Shown here: one piece after another, positions 1 to 9,445 of the stretch
Position numbering within the stretch: the first letter of the stretch is position 1
Layout: each line of letters begins with the position of its first letter
Assembly: GCA_977017575.1 (NCBI GenBank)
Contig: CDRNVI010000053.1
Location: 496,001-560,000, forward strand
Source of the DNA: Paramoeba atlantica
Taxonomy: Eukaryota > Protista > Discosea
DNA: 64,000 nucleotides
Direction: 5' to 3'
The notes under the pieces: generated by a model
The model's input: only the letters and a program-made list of their open reading frames with translations
What the model was told of the DNA's origin: nothing
Databases searched by the model: none
Made by a program: the position numbers and the translations under genes

Positions 1-1005
1 AAGTGTTGTGGGTACTGGGGGTTGCTTAGCGACGCGGCAGCACTTTATTTGGATGTGTCTGGCACAGATCGCAAGATGGCACGGGAGACCTCTGTCTTGA
101 GTGCATATTTGGATGTTGCTCTTCAAGTTAATCACCCGCAGCATGTGCTTACTGTACTCGGCATAGTGCATGGAACAAAGACTGATAATTTTCGTTACCG
201 AGAAGTTCCTAGTACCATCAAATACGAACTAGGACGTCGAGCTTTGGTATGGATGTTGACTAAGTCTTACCCACATGCTCGCACGGTCTACAAATGGCTT
301 TACGATCAAAAACTATTGAACTACGACGTAGAAGAAGTCGCTGGAAACAAGATAGGCGAGTTACTAACCGAAGTTATGACGAGATCTGAAACCTCCGAGA
401 GCGACAATGACTCAGTTGCAGAAAGTATAACTGACCTGCTCTCCGAAAATAATTTAGTTGTACAGCAAAAGATATCTCAGAAAATTCTTTTGCTTGTCAC
501 ACAAATACACATGGAATATACATTTTGTCATGAGGGAACCTTCACTATCACATGGTTGGAGAGGGAATTCTTTCCTATCGATCTTCATGCCGTTGTTCGG
601 CTATCACGTGATGTCGCTCGCGCGCAGCGATCTAATGCAACAGATATCGCTGTACACGAAGGGGAGGAAGTTTCAGATGTAGATATTGCATATTCAGTTC
701 ACAAAATTCTACTGCTCCTCTCTCCTGATCTTCGTCGGCCTTCCCAAAGCAGTTTGCTTCCCTATCTACACAAATCGAAACCTTCTCGCCACAACCCGAA
801 TGTACGAGTGGTACCCGCAGCGGAAGAGCTGCAACACCGTGGATTATTACCTTTCCAAGCCGGTTATTCCTTTTATCATGATAAGAATGGTGCGGTGCGA
901 ACGGTAACAGAATCTTACCCAATACTTGATAGTACCAATGTGGCCCAAATGTATCACGGTCGTGACGCCGTGCAGAGATACGCGAAGCCGGAAACTTGGT
1001 TTTGA
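1..1005 (+). CDS. Hypothetical protein, 5'-truncated by the window edge
   Basis: Frame 1 is open from base 1 (KCCGYWGLLSDAAAL...) to TGA at 1003-1005; same strand as all other genes; no family motif recognised. Confidence 0.7.
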   Translation, partial: KCCGYWGLLSDAAALYLDVSGTDRKMARETSVLSAYLDVALQVNHPQHVLTVLGIVHGTKTDNFRYREVPSTIKYELGRRALVWMLTKSYPHARTVYKWLYDQKLLNYDVEEVAGNKIGELLTEVMTRSETSESDNDSVAESITDLLSENNLVVQQKISQKILLLVTQIHMEYTFCHEGTFTITWLEREFFPIDLHAVVRLSRDVARAQRSNATDIAVHEGEEVSDVDIAYSVHKILLLLSPDLRRPSQSSLLPYLHKSKPSRHNPNVRVVPAAEELQHRGLLPFQAGYSFYHDKNGAVRTVTESYPILDSTNVAQMYHGRDAVQRYAKPETWF

Positions 1006-1346
1006 TTTCTTTTGAAATTTATTTGAGTGGAAAGGCATTTTCAGGGAAATACCGCTATAATATCAAACGAATACAGATTACAGGACAACGATTTTTTATT
1101 GCATTGCAGCTTATGAACGTTGTACAGAAAGCTTATGTACGTTGTACAGAAAGTGTTTTTAGGAAAAAACACAAGATTCATGTAAACATGCATAGTGGTC
1201 CGGCGACCCGCAACACATTGAACAGAAAATATACTTCGAAAGTAGTGTATACGAACCAAGTATCTTTCGCTTGTCCCGATTTTCTAGTTTCAGAGTGTGC
1301 ACATTATTGCGGACATGTATTAAGTTATGCCTAGCTTGTAAGAGAA

Positions 1347-3191
1347 ATGATTAATTATGTATTCAAAATATGGTCGCAAATAAGTGATAGTGAAGGGGCC
1401 GACCAGTTAACCGCAGACAAAGAACCTCTCACACTTGTGTTCGGCTCACAAACCGGAACTGCGGAATCTTACGTAGAAGTCTTGTGCAACGATGCAGACA
1501 CATTTGGTATTCCACATGAAAAAATTGATCCTGTACAATATGAGCCTAATCTGCTGCTGATGCGTTCCACCATAATATTTATTGTATCTACATATGGAGA
1601 AGGGCAACCTACAGATAATTTCTTCGAGTTGTTCGAACGTGTACGTATTCTAAAAGAAAAAGAATCCAACTCCCGGCTTCGTCACTTATCATATGCGATA
1701 TATGGAATTGGAGATTCAAATTATAGGCATTACAACCGAACAGCCAAAAATTTAGAATCATACCTCGAATCGTTGGGCGCGAAAGCGATTCTTCCATTGC
1801 GCCTTGGTGATACTCAGAATTCTTTAGAGGACGATTTTGAGGGCTGGAAATTTCGACTATGGGAAGTTTTATGCAACGTATACTGCGTCGTACCGCCGAA
1901 AAATTTTGAAGAAGTAAAGTTACCTAGTTTTTCTGTTGAACTTCAATACGAAGCTGCGGTTGCTGTTCGTCCTTTTCCGGCGATTCCCCGCTCGCTTGCA
2001 GCCACCCGCACGCAACCTTGTTATGCATCCGTTCGTACGATTCGTAGACTAATCGCCACTCCTCGGAGAAATACACGTCATATTGAGCTTCACGTTCAAG
2101 ATTCTAATCTCTTGTATCAAGCTGGGGACCACATCGGTATTCTGCCCCGCAATTCATCTGGCATAGTAGAGGCGTATGCAGAAAGACTTAACCTTACATC
2201 GCGAGACTTAGGCGCACCGATTTTATTACGACCTCTCGGTAGAAAATGTGTGCCGTCATTCCCTTCTCAGGTGTCCCTTCGGGACATTCTGACGTGGCAC
2301 ATAGATCTTTGCGGTGTACCGCGAAAGTCCACTTTGCGGAACTTTGCACAGTATTGCACGAATGAAAAGGAGAAGGAATACTTTATTTCTCTCCTAGGAC
2401 CAAAAAAAGATTCGCGAGAAAAATATTGCAAATTACAATCCAAGATAAAGACTACTTTCGGATTTTTGCGTAAATTCACATCATGTTCTGTTCCTTTAAA
2501 CGTGTTCTTGGAATTCATGCCCCGTCTACAGCCACGTTATTTTTCTCTTGCAAGCGATCCCTTATCGCATGAGAAAATTGTGCATATTCTTGTGAGAGAG
2601 GTATCCAACGGACTTTGCAGCAGTTGGCTTCAAACTTTATCTGTTGGAGATTCAATTCCACTATACCTTAGGGAAAGTTCTTTCCATCATTCAAATCGAT
2701 ACCACACAAGACCCATCATAATGATAGCCGCTGGCACAGGAATAGCTCCTTTTATCGGGTTTATGCACCGTAGGTTAGCTTGGGCATCATCAGGCAAGGA
2801 ACTTGGGGATGCTTACTTATTTTACGGTTGTCGGTGCCAAGAAGAGCTTCTGTACTGCGATTTTCTGTCTGAAATGCTGGAAAGACCTAAGGTACTTACT
2901 TCGCTTTGCGTTGCATATTCACGGGAGGGGCCGAAGAAGTATGTCCAAGACGAAGTGCGTGCAGCTCGAAGACTTGTGTGGAATGTGGTGACCTCGCCAG
3001 GACATATTTATATATGCGGAGATGCAAAGGGAATGGCTAGAGACGTGGATGAATGCCTGCTACAATGTGTTTTTATGGAAGCCGGTGGATTAACTAGGTT
3101 GGGTGCAGAGGAATTAATGGAAAAGATGGAGCGGACCTCACGACTACTTCGAGACGTTTGGACATCAACACCTGAGGGCACAACGACTTGA
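1347..3191 (+). CDS. Diflavin reductase, NADPH-cytochrome P450 reductase-like (FMN, FAD and NADPH domains), without N-terminal membrane anchor
   Basis: FGSQTGTAE, STYGEGQPTDN, YGIGDSNY (flavodoxin domain); PRYFSLAS, MIAAGTGIAPF, LFYGCR, YVQD, IYICGDAKGMARDV and terminal DVW (FNR domain). In-frame TAG at 1332-1334 rules out an upstream extension. Confidence 0.92.
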   Translation: MINYVFKIWSQISDSEGADQLTADKEPLTLVFGSQTGTAESYVEVLCNDADTFGIPHEKIDPVQYEPNLLLMRSTIIFIVSTYGEGQPTDNFFELFERVRILKEKESNSRLRHLSYAIYGIGDSNYRHYNRTAKNLESYLESLGAKAILPLRLGDTQNSLEDDFEGWKFRLWEVLCNVYCVVPPKNFEEVKLPSFSVELQYEAAVAVRPFPAIPRSLAATRTQPCYASVRTIRRLIATPRRNTRHIELHVQDSNLLYQAGDHIGILPRNSSGIVEAYAERLNLTSRDLGAPILLRPLGRKCVPSFPSQVSLRDILTWHIDLCGVPRKSTLRNFAQYCTNEKEKEYFISLLGPKKDSREKYCKLQSKIKTTFGFLRKFTSCSVPLNVFLEFMPRLQPRYFSLASDPLSHEKIVHILVREVSNGLCSSWLQTLSVGDSIPLYLRESSFHHSNRYHTRPIIMIAAGTGIAPFIGFMHRRLAWASSGKELGDAYLFYGCRCQEELLYCDFLSEMLERPKVLTSLCVAYSREGPKKYVQDEVRAARRLVWNVVTSPGHIYICGDAKGMARDVDECLLQCVFMEAGGLTRLGAEELMEKMERTSRLLRDVWTSTPEGTTT

Positions 3192-3355
3192 GCGGTACAA
3201 GAGTAGAACCACGTTGTATGCATTTGTACAGTTTTCTTTTTTCGTAATAGCAGACCGATTTTAAAAAATATGTTAACGTATTTATAACGAATACTGTACA
3301 AAGCTGATTTTTAGTGAGATCTTGACATTCTCTTTTAACTATTAACAAGGAGCCA

Positions 3356-4054
3356 ATGATTCGCTCTAAAAGCATTCGATTGAGTCAGTCGGTTACAGGA
3401 AAGAATGACTTATATTGCGGTATTTGTGTGCTACAAACTATTTTTAAGTATTGGCAAAGAGCGACCAATCCTTATAAGGAAATTAACACTTCGCAACCGG
3501 TAACTCAAAGGGAAGATACGTCGGCAAAAATTGGCGCAAATGCCCTTTATGTGTCCCTTTCGGAACCTTCACTTAAGGATCCTAGCCAGCTCCGTGAAAC
3601 TTTTCTTCGCGAATTCGAAAAACTAAGGCGGCATTGTAACCTTCACATGTATCTACGGACATCAACGGGTCCTCTGGGTTCGTTACAAAACATGCTCCGG
3701 GTTTTGGAAATTGAAACCTCGGTGCGCCACACGCTACAAGTTTTTCTTGGGCGTCTTCCGCGGGAGAACCGTCAGCGCGCGAGTATCCACGTGGGAGGTT
3801 ATTATGCCCCGAAATCGGCAGATATGGCTCGGAGGGCGGCAACAACTTTGGGGAATATTCCTTCACAGAGAGACCCAGATATCCGAACGAATCCGTATGA
3901 GTACCCCGTGCCACAGGATCTAAAGGAACGAATTGGTGCGTATCGCGCAGACACTTCCAAAGTGCGATTTTCGTCACGCTATATCCCACATTGGATCTTA
4001 GCTGACCCGGAAATTGCCCTATCAAAGACGGATCGCAAGGTTGATCCGTGGTAA
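3356..4054 (+). CDS. Hypothetical protein with basic, Ser-rich N-terminus (possible mitochondrial presequence)
   Basis: 232-aa ORF in the gene cluster; N-terminus MIRSKSIRLS has no acidic residues; no family recognised with confidence. Confidence 0.7.
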   Translation: MIRSKSIRLSQSVTGKNDLYCGICVLQTIFKYWQRATNPYKEINTSQPVTQREDTSAKIGANALYVSLSEPSLKDPSQLRETFLREFEKLRRHCNLHMYLRTSTGPLGSLQNMLRVLEIETSVRHTLQVFLGRLPRENRQRASIHVGGYYAPKSADMARRAATTLGNIPSQRDPDIRTNPYEYPVPQDLKERIGAYRADTSKVRFSSRYIPHWILADPEIALSKTDRKVDPW

Positions 4055-4251
4055 TGATCAATGTATGTTTTCATTGATTTGGGAAAAAGGTCTGCGTGCC
4101 ATTAAATGCTCAACACTTTATCTTTGTCCACAGAGTATCCCTACGAATGTCACAAAGACTGTTGTAGACAGACAGTTGTGACAAAAAATGTAACAACTAC
4201 AGTTTTGTTATCATACAGTATTTTTTCTTGAATCCGCTTCTTGCTCAGTAG

Positions 4252-4270
4252 TTTTTATTTTCTACCTCAG
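4252..4270 (+). promoter_or_regulatory. Polypyrimidine tract plus AG, putative spliced-leader trans-splice acceptor for rtcB
   Basis: TTTTTATTTTCTACCTCAG ends at 4270, shortly before the ATG at 4285; this is the usual kinetoplastid acceptor layout. Confidence 0.5.
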
Positions 4271-4284
4271 CATCCCTTGTACCC

Positions 4285-5655
4285 ATGTATCGCCGCTGTC
4301 TCCGACTTTTCTGCTCGTCCAGCGCACCTACCCAATCACGCGAGATTGAGCAATCTCTCCAAGGAAAGAACTACGTCTTTCTGAACGCTTCCCAAGACAC
4401 CCCACCACCCACGGAGGAGCGTCTTTCCAACCCACCCCCTCCCTTACTCCGGGCCAAGGCATGGATCCGAGGTGTACCGCTGGACGCGGAGGCAGAAAAA
4501 CAAATTGCACACATGCAGGCGCTTCAGTCTCACGGGATCCTGCGCCACCCAATCGCGGTTATGCCCGACGCCCACAGCGGGGTGGGGGCCACTGTCGGGA
4601 CGGTGATCCCGACCTACAAAGCGATCATCCCCTCCGCCGTGGGGGTGGACATTGGCTGTGGCATGGTTGCCGTAAAGACAACCCTTCGCGCCAGTGACCT
4701 CCCCGAGAGTCTCGCGACCGTCCGCTTAGCGATTGAGTGCGCCATCCCACATGGTCGCTCCCACAATGGCCGTAGTGACTCTGACGTCGGGGGGTGGCGT
4801 TCCCGACCCAGTGATGAGGCCGCGGAGGTGTGGAAAACACAACTGCTTCCGGATTTTACTAAAATTACGGCCAAATACCCAAAGCTTGAGCGCAGTAACA
4901 ATGTGAATCATCTTGGCACATTGGGTACGGGGAACCACTTTATTGAAATTTGTCTTGACCAAGGCGAGACTGTGTGGATTATGTTGCACAGTGGAAGTCG
5001 TGGTGTGGGAAATCAAATCGGCATGACCTTCATCGAACTTGCAAAAGAGGATATGCGGAAGCGGAACTGTGAACTTCCAGATGCGGAGCTTTCTTATCTC
5101 AAAGAAGATAGCTCATATTTTAAAGACTACGTCTTTGCCGTTGGATGGGCGCAAAAGTACGCCGCGTTGAATCGGAAACTTATGCTACAAAAAGTCATAC
5201 ATGCACTTGTGGCATGCCCTCAAATACCTCCATTCGAGGTAGACACACAACGGGCGATCAACTGTCATCACAACTACGTGGAGCGCGAGGAACATTACGG
5301 CACCTCACTGTATGTTACGCGAAAGGGCGCAATTAGTGCACGTAAGGGGGAGTTAGGTATTATTCCCGGGAGTATGGGGGCCTCTTCCTACATTGTACGG
5401 GGAAAAGGAAATGCCGAATCCTACTGCAGCGCTTCACACGGCGCCGGGCGTCTTCTCTCAAGAGGCGAAGCTCGAAGGAAATTTTCAGTCGAAGATCATG
5501 AGGCAGCCACAAAGGGCATAGAATGTCGAAAGGACCGCGACGTTATTGACGAAACACCTATGGCATACAAAAATATTGACGATGTTTTGGAAGCAGAAAA
5601 AGATCTCGTTGAGGTTGTGGCAACTTTGAGGCAAATAGTTTGCGTCAAAGGGTGA
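4285..5655 (+). CDS. rtcB: RtcB 3'-phosphate/5'-OH RNA ligase, bacterial (E. coli-like) type, with N-terminal presequence-like extension
   Basis: MPDAH, VGVDIGCGM, LGTLGTGNHFIE, LHSGSRG, NCHHNY, RKGA, IIPGSMG, SHGAGR, DETPMAYK and the C-terminus LRQIVCVKG, all matching E. coli RtcB as I remember it; starts MYRRCLRLFCSS. Confidence 0.96.
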   Translation: MYRRCLRLFCSSSAPTQSREIEQSLQGKNYVFLNASQDTPPPTEERLSNPPPPLLRAKAWIRGVPLDAEAEKQIAHMQALQSHGILRHPIAVMPDAHSGVGATVGTVIPTYKAIIPSAVGVDIGCGMVAVKTTLRASDLPESLATVRLAIECAIPHGRSHNGRSDSDVGGWRSRPSDEAAEVWKTQLLPDFTKITAKYPKLERSNNVNHLGTLGTGNHFIEICLDQGETVWIMLHSGSRGVGNQIGMTFIELAKEDMRKRNCELPDAELSYLKEDSSYFKDYVFAVGWAQKYAALNRKLMLQKVIHALVACPQIPPFEVDTQRAINCHHNYVEREEHYGTSLYVTRKGAISARKGELGIIPGSMGASSYIVRGKGNAESYCSASHGAGRLLSRGEARRKFSVEDHEAATKGIECRKDRDVIDETPMAYKNIDDVLEAEKDLVEVVATLRQIVCVKG

Positions 5656-5811
5656 TGTGCCCTGCAAAGGTAGGTGTCTCGTTGTCGTTGTTTTTTGAGT
5701 TACTATATCTTTGAAAGCCCGCTTGGTTCTATATTTCTTCATTCGATTTTACTTTCATGTAGCACTTTAGATTTTAAAAATTCCCTACACACACGTAAAA
5801 ATTTCTTAAAA

Positions 5812-6615
5812 ATGCATCGTTCCCTCACAACTGAAAAACCCCGCCCCGTTGTCATTGCGAATTGGAAAACGAACGGGACTCGACCGTCGATTCAAGACCT
5901 TCTGTCCTCGTGGAGTGCCTACACTCCTTCCCATGCCGTGGAGTGCTACCTTGCTCCCTCACTTCTACACATCCCCCACGTCCAGCACCACCTCAAAAGC
6001 ATCTTGAGCTACCTCCACGTCGCGGCTCAGAATTGTGTAGCCAAATCTGGAGCTTTTACTGGGGAGGTAAGTGTGCAGCAGCTAAAGGAAATGGGTGTTC
6101 GTACTGTCATCTTGGGCCATAGTGAGCGTCGAGCGTACTACAGCGAAACCGATCGAGTAGTTGCGGAAAAAATATCTGCAGTACTACGTGAGGGATGTAC
6201 CGTTGTGGTGTGCATTGGGGAACGCCTCACGGAACGGGAAGCGGGGGAGACCACAGACGTAATTACGCGACAGTTAAGGGCTGTGATCACCGCCGTTGGG
6301 CGAGAACTCTGGGGACAGGTTATTATTGCTTACGAGCCCGTCTGGGCAATTGGGACGGGAAGGGTGGCTACCCCCGCCCAGGCCCAGGATGCTCACCGGA
6401 CAATACGTAACATAATTGCGGAAAGTGTATCCGTTGAGGTGGCACAGAAGGTTCGTATTTTGTACGGGGGTAGTGTGGCGCCAGGTAACGCTCGGCAGCT
6501 CTATGCACAACCTGACATTAATGGTTTTCTCGTGGGTGGGGCTTCTCTACGGCCCAATTTCGTAGAAATCATACAAAGCACTTCCTCCGTGGAAGCCATC
6601 CCAAGCAAACTTTAG
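5812..6615 (+). CDS. TPI: Triosephosphate isomerase with C-terminal PTS1 (SKL)
   Basis: ANWK, AQNCVAKSGAFTGEVS, LGHSERR, IAYEPVWAIGTG, YGGSV, GFLVGGASL. First ATG in frame is 5812; the track's 5674 GTG start lies in intergenic-type sequence. Ends PSKL*. Confidence 0.97.
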   Translation: MHRSLTTEKPRPVVIANWKTNGTRPSIQDLLSSWSAYTPSHAVECYLAPSLLHIPHVQHHLKSILSYLHVAAQNCVAKSGAFTGEVSVQQLKEMGVRTVILGHSERRAYYSETDRVVAEKISAVLREGCTVVVCIGERLTEREAGETTDVITRQLRAVITAVGRELWGQVIIAYEPVWAIGTGRVATPAQAQDAHRTIRNIIAESVSVEVAQKVRILYGGSVAPGNARQLYAQPDINGFLVGGASLRPNFVEIIQSTSSVEAIPSKL

Positions 6616-7129
6616 CCACATCCACTAAAATAATGGCATTACTAAATTCGCTTTGGCTTTGCGATTAGCTGCTGTGCTCATTATCAGGCTTTCGCATCTG
6701 ATATTGTCGATAAAATTAAGCTTCATGGGCGCTATGTGCCACCATTCCCATGTTTGTGTGCTTTTACTATCTCCATAGTTGAGGAGTTGGGGAGGCATAT
6801 ACCGAAACCTCACCTCACCGAAAATACGACGTGTGCGTTGACACCTTCCTTTTTCAAAAGCGTTTTTGCTTTTAAAGACTTACTTCTAAACCTCTTAAAA
6901 TGTGGTATAATTCAGGTGACAATAATACACATCTTGTATAGCAGTATATGTCGGCGGACTACTACTGTATGACTTCGTAGCTCACAATTTAGTGTACACA
7001 ACACTCAATGTAGAATACATGCATGTAGTATCAATCCAGCCTCGGATAAAATATAACTGTATCTGTTTATGTGTATGAAAAGATTCGTAGCTCACTTCCC
7101 TATTCTCTCTCTTTTCTGTAATATCTTAA

Positions 7130-7456
7130 ATGACGCAAGACATCCAACTCGCCATGGGGTACGCCGCGCTTATGCTGCACGATTCTGAAATTGACGTCAC
7201 TGCAGACCGCCTTAACGACATTTTGAAAGCTGCAAAGATCGAGGCTCTTCCCGTGTACGCGACTTTGTATGAGAAATTTTTGCAGAAGAACTCCATTGAG
7301 AGCATGCTTACGAGCACTGCGGGCGCCGCTCAGGCAGGAGGTGCTCCAGCGGCTGCGACGAGCTCCGAAGGCGATGCAAAGAAAGAGGATAAGAAAGCGG
7401 CTCCAGTTGTGGAGGAAGAGGAGGATGAAGATATGGGACTGGGTCTCTTTGACTAG
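7130..7456 (+). CDS. RPLP1: 60S acidic ribosomal protein P1
   Basis: YAALMLHD...TADRL..ILKAA, Ala-rich hinge, acidic tail EEEEDEDMGLGLFD. Confidence 0.93.
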   Translation: MTQDIQLAMGYAALMLHDSEIDVTADRLNDILKAAKIEALPVYATLYEKFLQKNSIESMLTSTAGAAQAGGAPAAATSSEGDAKKEDKKAAPVVEEEEDEDMGLGLFD

Positions 7457-7781
7457 ACGAGAAAGGAAAAGATTCTATTTTTTAAGCCCCTGAATTAAGC
7501 GTATGTGGTATTAAGCATCACATGAGCTGTCAAAGTTTTTGATTGAATCAGCATAAAATTACATTATTGAGTATACATTATTGAGTTTGTCATCGATATC
7601 ACAAGACTCTTATTATCAATTTCAATACTATTTTCAATATATTTACATGGTATTTCATTGTATTGTCTACAATTTACATTCTACGCATTTCTTATCACTT
7701 CGTTTGTTTGGTTAGTAGACTTCTTCTGTTTATCAATAGCATTTTTTTCATATTTTTCGCCTATAATTCATTCTCATTGAA

Positions 7782-8117
7782 ATGGTCGAACGAGTTACTT
7801 ACCGCCGTAAGCTTCACTACAACACGAAGCGCAATCGATTTGTTCTCGTACGCACACCTGGAGGCCGCATGTCGATGCAATATCTGAAAAAGAGGGTGCG
7901 CGGCCCATGTACCCCAAAGTATCTTGGTCACAAGAGACTCCCTGGAACTAAGTGCCTTCGACCCGTTGACGCGAAAAATCGTACTAAAAAATGGAAAACT
8001 GTGAATCGCTGCTACGGAGGTGTACTGAACCATGAGCAGGTACGTGAACGAGTTGTCCGTGCATTTCTTAAAGAGGAGCAAAAGATTGCGAAGAAAGTCA
8101 CTCAACGCAAAAAGTAG
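7782..8117 (+). CDS. RPL34: 60S ribosomal protein L34 (eL34)
   Basis: RVTYRRKLHYNT...VRTPGG, KTVNRCYGGVL, VRERVVRAFLKEEQK. Confidence 0.96.
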   Translation: MVERVTYRRKLHYNTKRNRFVLVRTPGGRMSMQYLKKRVRGPCTPKYLGHKRLPGTKCLRPVDAKNRTKKWKTVNRCYGGVLNHEQVRERVVRAFLKEEQKIAKKVTQRKK

Positions 8118-8355
8118 TTACAAGTTGCTGTCCGTGAAGAATGATGTAAAGATCAAGGAAAGAGGATCCCATAGAAGCAAGTATTCTGTATTGTACTAGC
8201 AATAGATTTAATTCGAATGCTTTGTAAGTTGCGCATACGCTGCTGTTCTATTACATTGTTATCAAACCAGCATACACAAATTATGTAGGTAGACGAATTA
8301 AGTTACAAAATAACATTATCGGGCATCTTTCTTTACCTTTTTGACCGCTTCTTCC

Positions 8356-9207
8356 ATGATATTACCCCCTAGCCGACCCGTCCGCGTGGCCATCATCTCT
8401 ACCCTCGGGGTCACTGCCACCTACGTACAATATCGCCGAACGCTGTCAGCTCTCCAGCAACGCTCTCCTGCGCCCCACACCTGGGCCACCCTCGCTCCGA
8501 CACTCCGTACCGGGGACCTTCTCTTCCTCCACGGCACCGGATCTGTCTCCGCGCTGATCTGCTTTGGGTCGTTCCTTCGTACATGGTGGGATCCCCGCGC
8601 AGTGGAGTACTCCCATGTCGGGGTCCTCTATCTTGACCCGCACACCCATACGCTCTACATACTCGAGGCCGTGGATAACCACGACATTGAGGCCGCCGAC
8701 GCGGAGGGCAGTGTCCGGTTCAACGAGGTCCAACTCGTGAAGGCCGAGGCCAGGGTGTTTGGGTGTCGCGCCCACGGTGAGCCGTTGCACCAGAGGTGCT
8801 ACGACCGCTGTGGGGTACGACGTGGAGTGTGGCTGGAGGGAGAGGACACCGCGGAGGCTGTTCGGTCGCGTTGGGCCCCCGGGTTCGTACAGCGCTACCG
8901 TGGTAGGCCGATGGATGAGTCGCGGTTGCTGGGGTTTGGGTTTATTCACCCCGCGATGTATCGTCGGAAGGATACCGATCGTTCGATTACGTGTGTAGAA
9001 CTTGCGGTGGACGCGTGGAGAGAATTGAGACTTTTACGTGAGCTCCCCACGGATGCCACGTTCTTCGAAAAGGTCTCATCCATGTGGAGGTCCGTGCGGC
9101 CTGGGTGGTCATACTTGCCTGTCCACCTGGCGTTTGGGCAAGACGCAGAGCTCGGCATAGAACCCCACGCTGTACTTCAGCCCATTGAACGAATTGAAAT
9201 TGGGTGA
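8356..9207 (+). CDS. Permuted papain-like (NlpC/P60, YiiX/YaeF/LRAT-like) amidase or acyltransferase with N-terminal hydrophobic anchor
   Basis: LRTGDLLF, then His motif YSHVGV, then downstream Cys motif ITCVELA (His-before-Cys permuted order). First ATG at 8356. Confidence 0.72.
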   Translation: MILPPSRPVRVAIISTLGVTATYVQYRRTLSALQQRSPAPHTWATLAPTLRTGDLLFLHGTGSVSALICFGSFLRTWWDPRAVEYSHVGVLYLDPHTHTLYILEAVDNHDIEAADAEGSVRFNEVQLVKAEARVFGCRAHGEPLHQRCYDRCGVRRGVWLEGEDTAEAVRSRWAPGFVQRYRGRPMDESRLLGFGFIHPAMYRRKDTDRSITCVELAVDAWRELRLLRELPTDATFFEKVSSMWRSVRPGWSYLPVHLAFGQDAELGIEPHAVLQPIERIEIG

Positions 9208-9414
9208 ACAGTTCCTCACTTCGCCTCGGCGGAATATGCACTTAGTTTTAAAAAGAAATGGGGAAAATGGAAATTCTACTTAAATGCGCTGCGTATCTTA
9301 ACTCTGTTCTGCGACAGTAAATTTTCTTTTATCGTATGTTGAGACTTCTTTGCATTTATTGTATTTCTTTGCATTTTTATTGTAGAATACATACATGTAT
9401 GATCAGTGCATACT

Positions 9415-9443
9415 TTTATTTTCCTTTTTTGTCTTCGTCATAG
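9415..9443 (+). promoter_or_regulatory. Polypyrimidine tract plus AG, putative trans-splice acceptor
   Basis: T/C-rich run ending TCGTCATAG at 9443, two bases before the ATG at 9446. This explains the spurious hydrophobic N-terminus of the track ORF starting at 9395. Confidence 0.5.
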
Positions 9444-9445
9444 GG

